DNA of 64,000 nucleotides from Candidatus Poribacteria bacterium (GCA_965198175.1 OZ240245.1:1120001-1184000), one strand, 5' to 3'. Counted from the stretch's first letter, positions 32,154 through 42,424 are shown. Numbers and translations: made by a program. Notes: generated by a model not told the origin, from the letters alone.

Positions 32154-32787
32154 TGATAGTCCTCATTCGTCCAATTTCACTGGTTGCAGCGACGTATAGT
32201 AATTTATCAAGTGTCCGAAAATGCCTTACTACTTCAAATGATGCTTCGATCTCAAACTCGTTCTCGCGAAGATGAGTATGCTTAAGAAACCATTCTCTTG
32301 CAGCCGTCCAATCCTGGAAAAAATTGCGCGGTATCTTCTCGCGGATGTCGTAGCCCAAAAAGATGGTAAAGAAATGGTTAGTGGCTTCTGCGGCTTTGAG
32401 ACGACCCTCTCGGTGTTTGTCAATTAGGTTTTTTACCATTTCACAAATTTTAAAAGGGATTAAATGTCCGTCTTCAGGGTCAGCTATTTCCTTTAACCCG
32501 GCTGCCCCCCAATCATCTTTCCATTCGTTTTCTAGCTTTTTCACAAGATCTTCATATGGAACCCGCCCTGGCTTGATGACTAGGACGGTCCGGGCAAGTC
32601 CGTTCATCAAATCCCTACCTGCGTGAGATACAAACATAATGTAGCCGGCCGACTTCCTGCATAGCAAATCACATGCACCTTTGTATACTTCAGCGTAGAC
32701 CGGTAGTTGGAGTACATCGTTTAGCCAGTTAAAAACAGTCTGCTGTTCTGTTGAAAGCATTATGACTTTACTACTTCTATTATTCAA
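32125..32787 (-). CDS. Hypothetical protein with HEPN-like motifs (220 aa)
   Basis: Helical protein with SHAGRDLMN and REWFLKH (Rx5H); lies right after the mod stop. Confidence 0.55.
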   Translation of the reverse strand: MNNRSSKVIMLSTEQQTVFNWLNDVLQLPVYAEVYKGACDLLCRKSAGYIMFVSHAGRDLMNGLARTVLVIKPGRVPYEDLVKKLENEWKDDWGAAGLKEIADPEDGHLIPFKICEMVKNLIDKHREGRLKAAEATNHFFTIFLGYDIREKIPRNFFQDWTAAREWFLKHTHLRENEFEIEASFEVVRHFRTLDKLLYVAATSEIGRMRTINEILEKTNE

Positions 32788-34065
32788 GGTTGAAAATTAT
32801 TTCAGGGGTTGCGGGGATCGTTGTGAGATTATTTATCCGTCATAAAAGACCCGATTCAATGCCTTTTCTTCCTCACTGACACCAAAATCCTCGTCGTCAA
32901 TTTCCGAAAGGTTGACATATAATTGGTTCTTGTCCAGCAGTTCAGCTAGTAGTTTCTTCTGCTTTTCCAGTCCATTTTCGCCCTTGCCTATTTCGATGAA
33001 TTCCTCCACCGCATCTTCCGGGACTTTTTCGTTCGCGTACCAGTTCAGGAACGAGTTTTCGGCGATGTCTCGCCAGAGTGACACAAGCTCTTCGGATGAT
33101 TGTGCGGCTTGTATTTTTTCCATAAAGGCTTGGTTGTATGGCATCAGTTCGCAGTAGATGAAGTCACCACCGCCCCGCCAGATGACGGATGCTGAGATGC
33201 CACCGGTGTCGTATTCGATTTCCTTGAGTAGCTTGCCTTCGCGCATGACTCTCGTGCCGACAACTTTTTTCAACCTTGGAATTAGTGCGTTTATTCCTTC
33301 TTCCAATTGCTCTATCCCTATGAATGTCCTATCCAACTTTAAGCTTGATGCCGCAGTCGTGCCACTACCAAGAAAGAAATCAAGGACTAAATCGCCTGGT
33401 TCCGTTGCTGCTTCAATAATCATCTTTAGCAATCCTTCTGGCTTAGAAGTATCGTATTGAGTTTCCTTTGAGTTTTTCACCAACTCCCTTCCCCAAACAT
33501 CGCCTATAGCTACATACTTTGCATCAGGTGCGGTTAAAAGTTCTATGACTTTCTCTTTGTCGAGATCTACCCTGTCAGAAACGTACGTTTTTAATCCAGA
33601 TCGTGCTCTTAATTCCCATTCAGCAGGCGTCCGTCCCATTCGACCCCTTGTATAAAACCAGCCTTTCGAATCTTTCTCAATTTGGCTAATAGTGGATTTC
33701 TTGTATGGTCCTAACGGTGGGTTCCAGAATCTTGATAACTTATCCTTTGCATAAACAAAAATGTTCTGATATTCAGTCGGCATTGGAGAGCTTTTTGAGT
33801 GAGATCTTGAGCTACCTCCTTCTCTTCCCTTGTGCCAAATGATTTCATTTACAAAATTTGCCCTTCCAAAAATTTCATCTAGAGCAATTTTCATGTAATG
33901 GGATTCGTTGTTGTCAATATGCACAAAAATATTGCCATCATTACATAAAAGATCGTATGCTACGAGAAGGCGGCTCCGCATAAAAGTTAACCACGCGGAA
34001 TGTGTAAAACTATCGTTGTAAGTAAAACTGTCCCGTTCGGTGTTAAATGGCGGGTCAATGTAAAT

Positions 34066-35063
34066 AGACATCTTTCCAAAATAGATTTATCAGGTTCTAT
34101 AGTTACAGTAATCTTGTAGATGATAATAACTATACTGGTTGCCAACATGGGGAGGCGTGTCTCAGGTTAACAATTGCGGCAATCACATTCCATGTTTTTC
34201 CATAGTTGCGATGTTTGCCTCGATAGATGTCTTTGGTGATGCGAAAAATCTTACACCGTCTGACGATATGCTCAATGGCAATCCTGCGTGTTGCCAACTG
34301 TCGGTTGAATTGCTTCGCCTCCTGAGTCAACGGCTTGCTCCGACAATTCTTGATGGGCGTCGAACTGTTGGCATACCGTTTGGCTATGCCCTGATAACCA
34401 CTGTCAGCCAACTTCTCAGTTTCGGGGGAAATTGCCAGACGGCTTTCCTCTAGAATTCTGTAATCGTGAACGCTGCCTTTGCGGCAGATAACCGACACTA
34501 GTTCTAACATCGCCAAACACGCAATCAATTGAACTTTTATGGTGTGCCGTTTTTTTTACCGCTGTAGTAGACACGTTGTCCTTTTGTTGGACGTTCAATG
34601 GGTTGCTCGGTAGCATCAATGACGATTGTTTGGAGATTGCCCGCTAACAAGTGCTTTCGATTCTTCATCGAAAACACGTTAACCAACACATCAAGTATCT
34701 GATGATAGATTTTATTTGCATAAGACTCACTGATACCGAACTCCGAGCCTAACCTGGCAAAGGTTGGATAGTGACGCAGATAGGTGAATGTCAATAGAAG
34801 GCGATTGGCTAATGGCAACCCCGATTTCTTTCCTCGTTTCTTCATCGGCTGTTCATCTCGAATCCTTTCGAGATGAGCAGCCACACGCTCCAAAATGACA
34901 TTGAAAGTTGCCTTGTCAACACCAACGGCTCTCAGAAATTGCTCATCTGATAACGCTACTGATTTTTCAAATTGACTCATGGTTATCCTTTCTACAATAG
35001 AAGATGTTTGAAAGGAATAACGTAAAATCATAACAAACGGATACTTATTTTGGAAAGATGTCT
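34066..35063 (-). mobile_element. IS5-family (ISL2-like) insertion sequence, 998 bp
   Basis: Perfect 18-bp TIR AGACATCTTTCCAAAATA (34066-34083 and 35046-35063), 3-bp AAT target duplication, two-ORF transposase. Confidence 0.92.
34130..34980 (-). CDS. IS5-family transposase, probably expressed via -1 frameshift at an A8 run
   Basis: ORF1 has HTH plus VIDATEQPIERP...YYSGKK; a -1 shift at GGTAAAAAAAAC gives KKRHTIK...ADSGYQG...RRIAIEH (DDE). Confidence 0.85.
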
Positions 35064-35778
35064 AATGAGTTTGACCCGTCCGCGAAACTGAGTTTTGAGG
35101 GTGTGCAACGCCAGTAGGTTATTTCCCTTGATGAGCAGGTTTTCCCGAATTACGCTGTTGTCGTCCCGTTTAATCTCTGTCGCCTTCTTCTCGCCGTCAA
35201 CCGTATAGCGTTTCCAACCGGTCAATACCTTCGGGTCAAAGAGGCGGTCAATCTCGTCCTGCGCCAGCACTTCATTGAAGAATATCTCTTTGCGTTTTTC
35301 CTCCTCCTTCGTCTGTCCGCCCTCCAGTACACAATCCTTGTAGGGCCAGACCAGAGACACCTCACCCCGCTCCCGGAGAAATTTATCCTCAATATTCAAG
35401 CCGATTTTGTTGCGGAAACGGGTGTAGGAGTTTGCGAGGAAGTTTTTGTCGGAGATGTAGTCGATGAAGGTGTTGGTGTTGAATATATAGTGTCCGTCTA
35501 TTTCTTCAAAGAATTTGGCTTTTATCTCTGGCGCGCGGAGTAGCAATCTCACGAGGTCGTGGTCAAGCTGCCTAGCGTAGCCGTGGATGAGGGTGGTGAT
35601 GAGTTCGCCGTGTTCGTCCAGAAGCCGCTCGTCGGTTTTGAGGACGTCAATTAGTTTTTGGTGGAAGTTTTTTGGCATGTCAGACTTTCTAAAACTCCTT
35701 CAACTTGGATGATTGGTCTATATTGCCGTTAAATACTGGTTTGGTCATTAAGCGATTGGCGCATGGGTCCCCCGTACA

Positions 35779-36381
35779 TCATATGACAACTGAATGAATA
35801 GCTTCGCATAGGTTATGAAGAAAATCTACTGCATAAACCGAATCGGTTGAAGATATTGGCCAACGGCTGCCAGGATAACTCGGGTCTACATCCGCCTCAT
35901 GAACAATTTTGTGGCGACGATCAACGATAAGTTGTAGCTGTGTTTTTGCATCTTCGACGGTCATGCCTAGTTGTGAAGCAACGGAGGACCACAGCTCGCA
36001 TGAGGAGAAAAGCCTCACCGCGTCTGCAATTCTGTCTGGGTTTTGGAAGGACATATATCCATGTTTTTCGCGGATTTCCGTCTCAAGCCACGTATTCATC
36101 CTCGGGTCACGTAAACCTAAGCGTACATTTTCCATTTTGACTTGAAAGCGTTGGAAAGCAGGGGTCAGCGGGCGTTGTCCGTCGTGCACTTCAAGCATTC
36201 CAACCCTTGCAATCTCATGAATGTAATGATCAAGCGCACTTACAGCCATGACGATTTGTGTGCGTAACAAATCACTGGCGTCCACGGCAGGGGTTGTCAA
36301 AAGACCGAGTGCTTCGTACAAACCCCCGATGGCTCGCACACGTTCAATGTTTTCACGAAGTTGTTGTATCGCACTTTGCAT
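35779..36381 (-). CDS. HEPN domain protein (RiboL-PSP-HEPN-like)
   Basis: DLLRTQIVMAVSALDHYIHE and IVDRRHKIVHEAD (Rx4H). Confidence 0.78.
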   Translation of the reverse strand: MQSAIQQLRENIERVRAIGGLYEALGLLTTPAVDASDLLRTQIVMAVSALDHYIHEIARVGMLEVHDGQRPLTPAFQRFQVKMENVRLGLRDPRMNTWLETEIREKHGYMSFQNPDRIADAVRLFSSCELWSSVASQLGMTVEDAKTQLQLIVDRRHKIVHEADVDPSYPGSRWPISSTDSVYAVDFLHNLCEAIHSVVI

Positions 36382-36760
36382 GATTGATTCGCTTCCCCAT
36401 CCAACCTATGCCCCCGCCGCATGAATTCAAAACCGACAATCAGAAACCTTTTACGACTACCGATGTTTAACTATTTAACAAATTAACGGAATCTCGTGGA
36501 CTGCACGGATTATAGTTTATACCATTTCGTTTGAATAACAGTGCATATGACGTTTCAGTTATATCATTCTCTTTGTCCGTAGGCGGGGCATCTTGCCCCG
36601 CATTGGTGAGATTTGATTAACGCGAATAATGCACTGCAAATATAGAGAAATGGTATTATAAGTTGTTTCACGGTCCTCATTCCGCTTTCGTTACCCAATA
36701 CTTGTAGAGCAATAACTATAAGCACACATGCCGAATTACTAGATTGTGTGTCGGTTTTTT

Positions 36761-37804
36761 CTACAAAACAAGAGTCATTAGTCGGTCTGCACCGACGGAG
36801 TATAATTCCCGAAACTGTTGCATGGATTTCTTGGTTCTTTCTAACACCACCCCTGTTTGTTCCAATTCCTCGTCCGTCAAACCGAACACCGGTGCTTTGT
36901 GTTTTTGGGACAATGCAATGAGGCTATTGAAGTCTGACATTTGGATGAGTGGTTCTCCCGTTTGAAGATCAACTTTTTCATAAGCCCCTTCTGGCAGCAA
37001 CATATCATTTTCTTTTAGAACAGGGATTAGTTTTGTTTTGACTCCGCCCTCAATTTCCTTAATCCATTTCTGAAATGCAGCGGAAGGAATATTCCCTTCG
37101 CGCAATCGGTATTTCTGGATTATTGTACCGAGGAATTTAGGAGTTTTGTCAGGGAAGGGGTAGGTCGCATTTTTTAGAATTGGAAGCGATCTCGCTTGTT
37201 TAGCCCAAGAGGACCATTTGGGTAAAATCGAAGCAAGACTGTTTGTTGCCATCACCGAGAAATAATCTGGAGTCATAGGAACAATAAAATAATCACTCGT
37301 CATCATCAAATTTTGGTTAATTGGTCCCAGACTTGGGCTCATATCTACAAGAATGAAATCAGCGTCGTATTTTTGAGCAGTTAAAGAAAACAGGTGGTGC
37401 ACAGAACCTGGCAAATTCTGAAGAGTTAGAAGCGATCCTGAAAGTTCTTGAGCAATACCCAACGTAACTTCGTATTCTGCGAGACCAATGTGGCCTGGCA
37501 GCAGATACATATTCGGCTGACCATCAATCGACTCACAGACCACTGATTCGATAGGCACTGGACGAGATTCAAAAGCGGGGGCGAGACCGTCCCGAATGTT
37601 TCTTACCATGTTGGACTCATAAATTGGTTTGAAATCCTCAAATCCTTTAAATCCAAGGGCCATTCCTGTGAGATTACACTGCGGGTCACAATCGGCGATG
37701 ATAACCTTCATGCCTTTATTTGCCAACATCCAGCCGAGGTTGAAAGTGGTGGTTGTTTTGCTAACACCACCCTTATGATTGAAAAGTGAAATTTGCTTTA
37801 CCAT
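36761..37804 (-). CDS. ParA/Soj-like ATPase, long stand-alone type
   Basis: Deviant Walker A FNHKGGVSKTT, DCDPQCNLT, LVDMSPSLGPIN; 347 aa; no parB nearby. Confidence 0.85.
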   Translation of the reverse strand: MVKQISLFNHKGGVSKTTTTFNLGWMLANKGMKVIIADCDPQCNLTGMALGFKGFEDFKPIYESNMVRNIRDGLAPAFESRPVPIESVVCESIDGQPNMYLLPGHIGLAEYEVTLGIAQELSGSLLTLQNLPGSVHHLFSLTAQKYDADFILVDMSPSLGPINQNLMMTSDYFIVPMTPDYFSVMATNSLASILPKWSSWAKQARSLPILKNATYPFPDKTPKFLGTIIQKYRLREGNIPSAAFQKWIKEIEGGVKTKLIPVLKENDMLLPEGAYEKVDLQTGEPLIQMSDFNSLIALSQKHKAPVFGLTDEELEQTGVVLERTKKSMQQFRELYSVGADRLMTLVL

Positions 37805-38175
37805 CGGACGCCTCCTTTCATAGTTAAGCGTATCATTGACAGCTAAGATTGACTTTGAACTTGTATACGATATTGATTTTAAGCACGACGAGGCTTTAGA
37901 AGGATATATCAGATTACATTGTGGAGTTTCTGTCGTCGTGGAGGAATCTACCTCTCAAACCCTTTCGCAAGGGGGAGAATTTTTGGGCATCCGTCTCGAA
38001 AGTGAACGTAACTTCAGGATGACGCCCTACTAGGTGAAATATTCATAGACGCACTTTCAACCCAACCCGCAGGACTGTTCAGAATGTTGCGAAGCGTTTT
38101 CTACCCCGCGGCGGAGACTCCCTTTTGTTCAGCCGTCTCCAGCGGAGGATTTTTGGACCTACGGATGTCCGTGTT

Positions 38176-40752
38176 TCATAAAGCGGATTCAAGACTTTCC
38201 CTGAACTCCCTTTCATCCTCGTTGTTATAGAACGGCACGCCTACAAGTCTGTATGATTGTGCTCCGCTACGGGGATTAAACTCCAGTGTTTCGCTGGCGA
38301 ATTTTTCCTTAATCTGTTTTAAGAAGTCCGCTTTCCATCGGTCGTGATCCTGCAGATGTTTCCCTTTCGGTTCAATGAATATTTGATAGGTGAGGGTGGT
38401 TCCGTTCTTCTTGCAAAGGTACAGTACGAAATCTGGCTCAAACGCCTGTCCATCATCAAAGTTGTAGATTTTGAAATGCCTTTCGTTACGGATTAGATAG
38501 ATACCGTCGTATTTACCCTTTAGCCGACTCATTTGGGCGTCGAGCATTCGGACAAACGCCTTTTCCTCGCTGGTGCCGTAGTTGGCGTTGAACACATACC
38601 ACTCCCTATCGGAGACCAAACCCTCGTCGCCATCTGCCCTTTCGCTGCCTTCAACCAATCGGAGGGTTTTGTCCGTGAATATTGAACGGATACCTTTCGG
38701 CAAAAACGACTCCGTGCCCCTGTATTCCGTTATGTTTTGACGCAAATCTGATGCAATTCGGTTAAGGAGTCCCGTCACCCCGTCAAGGTGGGCGCGGTTG
38801 GACAAAGGCATTAGCTCAGAAGCATCACCTTGGAAAGTGATTGACAGACCGCCGAGGTACTCATCCGATTCGATGAACTCGCGGACGGATTTTATGTGCG
38901 GGAAATAGGTTTTTAAGGAGTTGAAGGTAAAGAAGGGATTCCGTGCAATAGCACTCTTGACGATATGATGCGGTATCTTTTTCACGGGCACATCTATGCG
39001 TTTTGCTTCCGCGAGTGGTTGAACTTCAACCTCGTCCGTCATAATCGCCTCAGAGACTCCTTTGCCGGTTGGCATTGAATACTCGTATCTCTGCGACGAC
39101 ACGCCGATGTCAGCGAATGATTGGACGTGTTCATATTTGTTCACTACCCGTCCATTCATGTAAACTAACCCATGTTGGTAAAAATCCGATTTCTTAAAGG
39201 AAGATTTCAGTTCAAGCGGCTTGTCAACTGCCCTTTCGTCGAGGATTCCTTCATTGATTAGTGCGGCGCGAATCTCAGAGATATATCTGGGCTCGTTCTT
39301 GCTGTGATAGTGCAACTCCTCCAACACCCGGAGGTCCGCCGTCAGGTTATTGTCGAATTTACGTCTGAATCGGTCGGGATTGTCGTCGGTCGCAAACGGA
39401 AAATAACGCGCCCCGCGTCCAATCAGTTGCGCTTCGGACATCGTGGTTTTTCCGATTTTGCTTTTTCCGGAATCTCGCCCTTCATAACACCGAACGATAT
39501 CGAATAGATTCAGGACATCCCAGCCTTCATTCAGTTTCTGCACGGCGAAGATGGCGCGGATGCGGTTGTCGTGGTCTTCGAGGGTGTTTACCAGAATTTG
39601 GTAGTTCTCCTTCTCATTTTTATCGTTGACTGAGAGGCAGTATTCCTCACGAAATTCCTGTTTTAGCCGCTCCGCCAACCCCAAATCGCTGATGTTGTTG
39701 TTGTCAAAGAATTGAAACGCCTGTTGTACCAGGGGAATATTCGATCTGCGGAGGTTCGCAACATGCGCCCCCGTTAGTTCATCAGCGAGTTTATGGAATT
39801 TCACTTTGTTGGTTTTTGACTGTTCAATGGTGCGCTGCGCTTTGAATAGAATCACCGGTTTGAGGTTTATCTGATGTTTTGCCGCCACTTCTCGCTTGTA
39901 CTGGTTGAGAATCAGCGCCTGAATGATGCGGTCTTTTTCATCAAATTCCGACCGAACGATATAGATGTCTTTGGAGTAGCGGTCATTCCGGAACTGCCGC
40001 AGGTCATACTTGTACAATATCTTGTTGTGGTATTTGTCGACAAGGCTGCTGTGGGCGTAATCGAGGGTGGCGGTAAATTCGAGCAGCAGATTTTCTCGGT
40101 TTTGTTGAAAGATACGCTCTACCGTTTTCTCCCAGCTCTCAAAAAATGTCTGTTTCTGTCCAGCTTTTGTGAAAGTATTAATATGGTGCGCCTCATCCGC
40201 CAGAAGCACAATCTTTTTGTCACGAAAATCTTCGTAGGTTAAGGCATTTTCTTTCTCTGAATTCAGACTGTTATGCAGGTTGTGAATAGTGGTGAAACAG
40301 ATGTTGATGTCGTTTTGGTTAACGCCTTCAAAATTGTCGACTGGCGTCACGGGGACGCGAACGGTTCCGAAATGGATGGAATCGTTGAACAGGTATTTGG
40401 AGGACAAAGGATTGAGGAAGTTTTCCTTTGTCTTTTCAATGATGTTGGTGGAGTTGACGAAGAACAGAAAGTTGCGATAGCCTTTTTCGTAGAGGTAGAG
40501 CATGAGTCCCGCCATGATGAGCGTTTTACCGCTGCCGGTCGCCATGTTGAACAGGAGATGGAGGGGCGACTCTTTGCCCGGAAAATCGTTGTCGAGACAA
40601 TGAAAGAACCGGGCAAAGGCTTCCGCCTGATAGGGGCGGAGTTCAAACACGGGGTTCAGATTGCCACTGAGATAATCGGGAATCTCTTTCTTCAATCCGC
40701 CGAGTTTTGAGAAGGAATCTAGATCTTCATACAAGAACTTTTCAGCCATCAT
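38176..40752 (-). CDS. res: Type III restriction endonuclease subunit (Res)
   Basis: LRPYQAEA, NMATGSGKT, ADEAHH, EFTAT, KLNEGWDV, QLIGRGAR, C-terminal EPDF...IEPKG nuclease motif. Confidence 0.9.
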   Translation of the reverse strand: MMAEKFLYEDLDSFSKLGGLKKEIPDYLSGNLNPVFELRPYQAEAFARFFHCLDNDFPGKESPLHLLFNMATGSGKTLIMAGLMLYLYEKGYRNFLFFVNSTNIIEKTKENFLNPLSSKYLFNDSIHFGTVRVPVTPVDNFEGVNQNDINICFTTIHNLHNSLNSEKENALTYEDFRDKKIVLLADEAHHINTFTKAGQKQTFFESWEKTVERIFQQNRENLLLEFTATLDYAHSSLVDKYHNKILYKYDLRQFRNDRYSKDIYIVRSEFDEKDRIIQALILNQYKREVAAKHQINLKPVILFKAQRTIEQSKTNKVKFHKLADELTGAHVANLRRSNIPLVQQAFQFFDNNNISDLGLAERLKQEFREEYCLSVNDKNEKENYQILVNTLEDHDNRIRAIFAVQKLNEGWDVLNLFDIVRCYEGRDSGKSKIGKTTMSEAQLIGRGARYFPFATDDNPDRFRRKFDNNLTADLRVLEELHYHSKNEPRYISEIRAALINEGILDERAVDKPLELKSSFKKSDFYQHGLVYMNGRVVNKYEHVQSFADIGVSSQRYEYSMPTGKGVSEAIMTDEVEVQPLAEAKRIDVPVKKIPHHIVKSAIARNPFFTFNSLKTYFPHIKSVREFIESDEYLGGLSITFQGDASELMPLSNRAHLDGVTGLLNRIASDLRQNITEYRGTESFLPKGIRSIFTDKTLRLVEGSERADGDEGLVSDREWYVFNANYGTSEEKAFVRMLDAQMSRLKGKYDGIYLIRNERHFKIYNFDDGQAFEPDFVLYLCKKNGTTLTYQIFIEPKGKHLQDHDRWKADFLKQIKEKFASETLEFNPRSGAQSYRLVGVPFYNNEDEREFRESLESAL

Positions 40753-40833
40753 ACATCTCGCTTTATACGAGGGGTAACCGTGATTTTCCCACTTGGCACA
40801 GACCACCTATTTACTTCGAGTTACGACGGCAGG

Positions 40834-40862
40834 ATTATAGCAGACAGAGTGATTCGCGTCAA
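40834..40862 (-). promoter_or_regulatory. sigma70-like promoter of res
   Basis: TTGACG-17bp-TATAAT on the minus strand. Confidence 0.65.
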
Positions 40863-41048
40863 TGATTTGTCATGCTGGGTGTGGATTGGGATAGGGAGGG
40901 GGTGTATTATACGCACTTGCAACTAAAAATTACACATATTAATCCGATTGGGAAAGGGGGTCAACCCCCCTTATCAGGCTTACTATTACCCACAAGTGCG
41001 GAAAGTCGCACGAGGCGGACATTCACAAGTGTCAACTAACCACAGTTA

Positions 41049-41455
41049 CATACCGCTCCGCTGGAGCGGGTAAGTCGGGCATGATCAAGCGAGCGACTAG
41101 GGAGCGCGATAGTCTTCACTGGTGGTTAAAACTATCGCCTTCCCTATGCGGTCGGTTGATCTTTCGTTATCCGCTCAGTCGATCGTTCAACCCAACCTGC
41201 AAAGACTGATAAAATGAACATAGCGCTTTTTTGATTTGGAGAGAACATAGCAAAAAGCAGGGCTTTACTGACTTTCGGAGGTTTCAAAAGCGTTGGGTTA
41301 CGCTACTGCTAACAAGGTTGAACGTTAATCAACCCTCGGACCTCATTAAACCTTTGCTACGCGTTTAATCAAAACCGCTCAACCCAACCTACAAGAGCTT
41401 AAAGACTATCGCGCGCTCTGTCCGGTCGCTTGATCGCTCAACCTAACCTACAAGA
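41049..41455. repeat. Cluster of REP-like repeats and ~35-bp ACTATCGC...TTGATC units
   Basis: Units at 41083-41118 (-), 41127-41161 and 41401-41435; CG(C/T)TCAACCCAACCTAC-like copies near 41184, 41376 and 41435. Confidence 0.75.
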
Positions 41456-41506
41456 ACTGGGTGTATGTCAACCCAAAATTTAAAAGCAGTGACCAGTGGT
41501 CGCCGG

Positions 41507-42286
41507 TCAGATAGTTGCGTTTTCGAAGGTTTGCCAGACCAGCCGAATTGCAAAAGCCAACGAGGTGACAACGAGCACAACTTTAATCCATTTTTCTCCT
41601 CTGTCAACCGCCCAATGACTGCCGAACCAGGCGCCGGTCGCGTTTCCAAGCGCGAGTGTTAACCCCAAAAACGGATCGACATTGCCGCTCTGAATGAAGA
41701 CCCCAAGCGCAACAAGGTTGTAAAAAAAACTGACAAACAGCTTAATCGCATTTGCACGAACGAGGTCATAACTATTTATCGATGTCAGTGCAGCGATAAT
41801 TATAAATCCCACGCCCGCTTGGATAAAGCCGCCATAAATACCAATAAAAAAGTAAACAAACATTGCGGCAATCTTACGCTTCCAACTAACGCAGGGGGTC
41901 ACACTTTCGCCTTGCGATTTTCTCGCCGAACTAAAGAGTGTCAAACCCAACACCCCTACCATGATAGCTGCCAACATCCTCTTGAACATAACATCAGGCA
42001 TGTCAACCGCGATATTCGCCCCAATTAAAGCGCCAGCGATTGCTGGAAGGACCAGCAGGGCGCTAAAGCGAAAGTCAGAAAACCCTTTGCGATGAAATCC
42101 CGCAACACCGCTTGCACACTGAATGGCGATAGCTATTCGATTGGTACCGTTCGCTTTCGCAGCGGGCAAGCCGAGGAAAATTAGCATCGGCAGCGTTAGT
42201 AACGAACCGCCGCCCGACATTACGTTTACGAAACCTGCGGCGATTCCGGTGATTAGAATTAAGGGAATTTGCCAAACCAGTTGCAT
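41507..42286 (-). CDS. TauE/SafE family sulfite exporter
   Basis: AAGFVNVMSGGGSLLTLP, ANGTNR, GIYGGFIQAGVG; multiple TM helices. Confidence 0.88.
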   Translation of the reverse strand: MQLVWQIPLILITGIAAGFVNVMSGGGSLLTLPMLIFLGLPAAKANGTNRIAIAIQCASGVAGFHRKGFSDFRFSALLVLPAIAGALIGANIAVDMPDVMFKRMLAAIMVGVLGLTLFSSARKSQGESVTPCVSWKRKIAAMFVYFFIGIYGGFIQAGVGFIIIAALTSINSYDLVRANAIKLFVSFFYNLVALGVFIQSGNVDPFLGLTLALGNATGAWFGSHWAVDRGEKWIKVVLVVTSLAFAIRLVWQTFENATI

Positions 42287-42424
42287 CTCAGTCTTTATTC
42301 CTAATTCTGTAGCAAGAATTTACGGTCAGTGAGTAGTGGCTTGCGGACAGTGGGCATTAAAAGCAAAAAAAACGTTCTTATCCGTTGGCGAGAACATAAC
42401 GACACCGAAGGCCTTTCTGATGTC

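Larger units (their letters stand above)
32833..35678 (-). pseudogene. mod: Type III R-M DNA methyltransferase (Mod) interrupted by an IS
   Basis: N-part ends ENLLIKGNNLLAL...RGRVKLI; C-part has YIDPPFNT, KPEGLL, VLDFFLGSGTT. Removing 34066-35063 plus one AAT restores VKLIYIDPPF in frame. Confidence 0.92.

Noticed and set aside
35028..35063. Mod N-terminal ORF ending RHLSKISIRLL as a separate gene
   Set aside because: Those residues are read-through into the IS terminal repeat; the ORF is the 5' half of mod.
36761..37804. Chromosome or plasmid partition locus
   Set aside because: No parB, parS or rep in the window; the protein is the long stand-alone type and lies inside an R-M locus.
26383..40862. 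Prophage or integrase-borne island
   Set aside because: No integrase, tRNA target, structural phage genes or terminal att repeats recognised.
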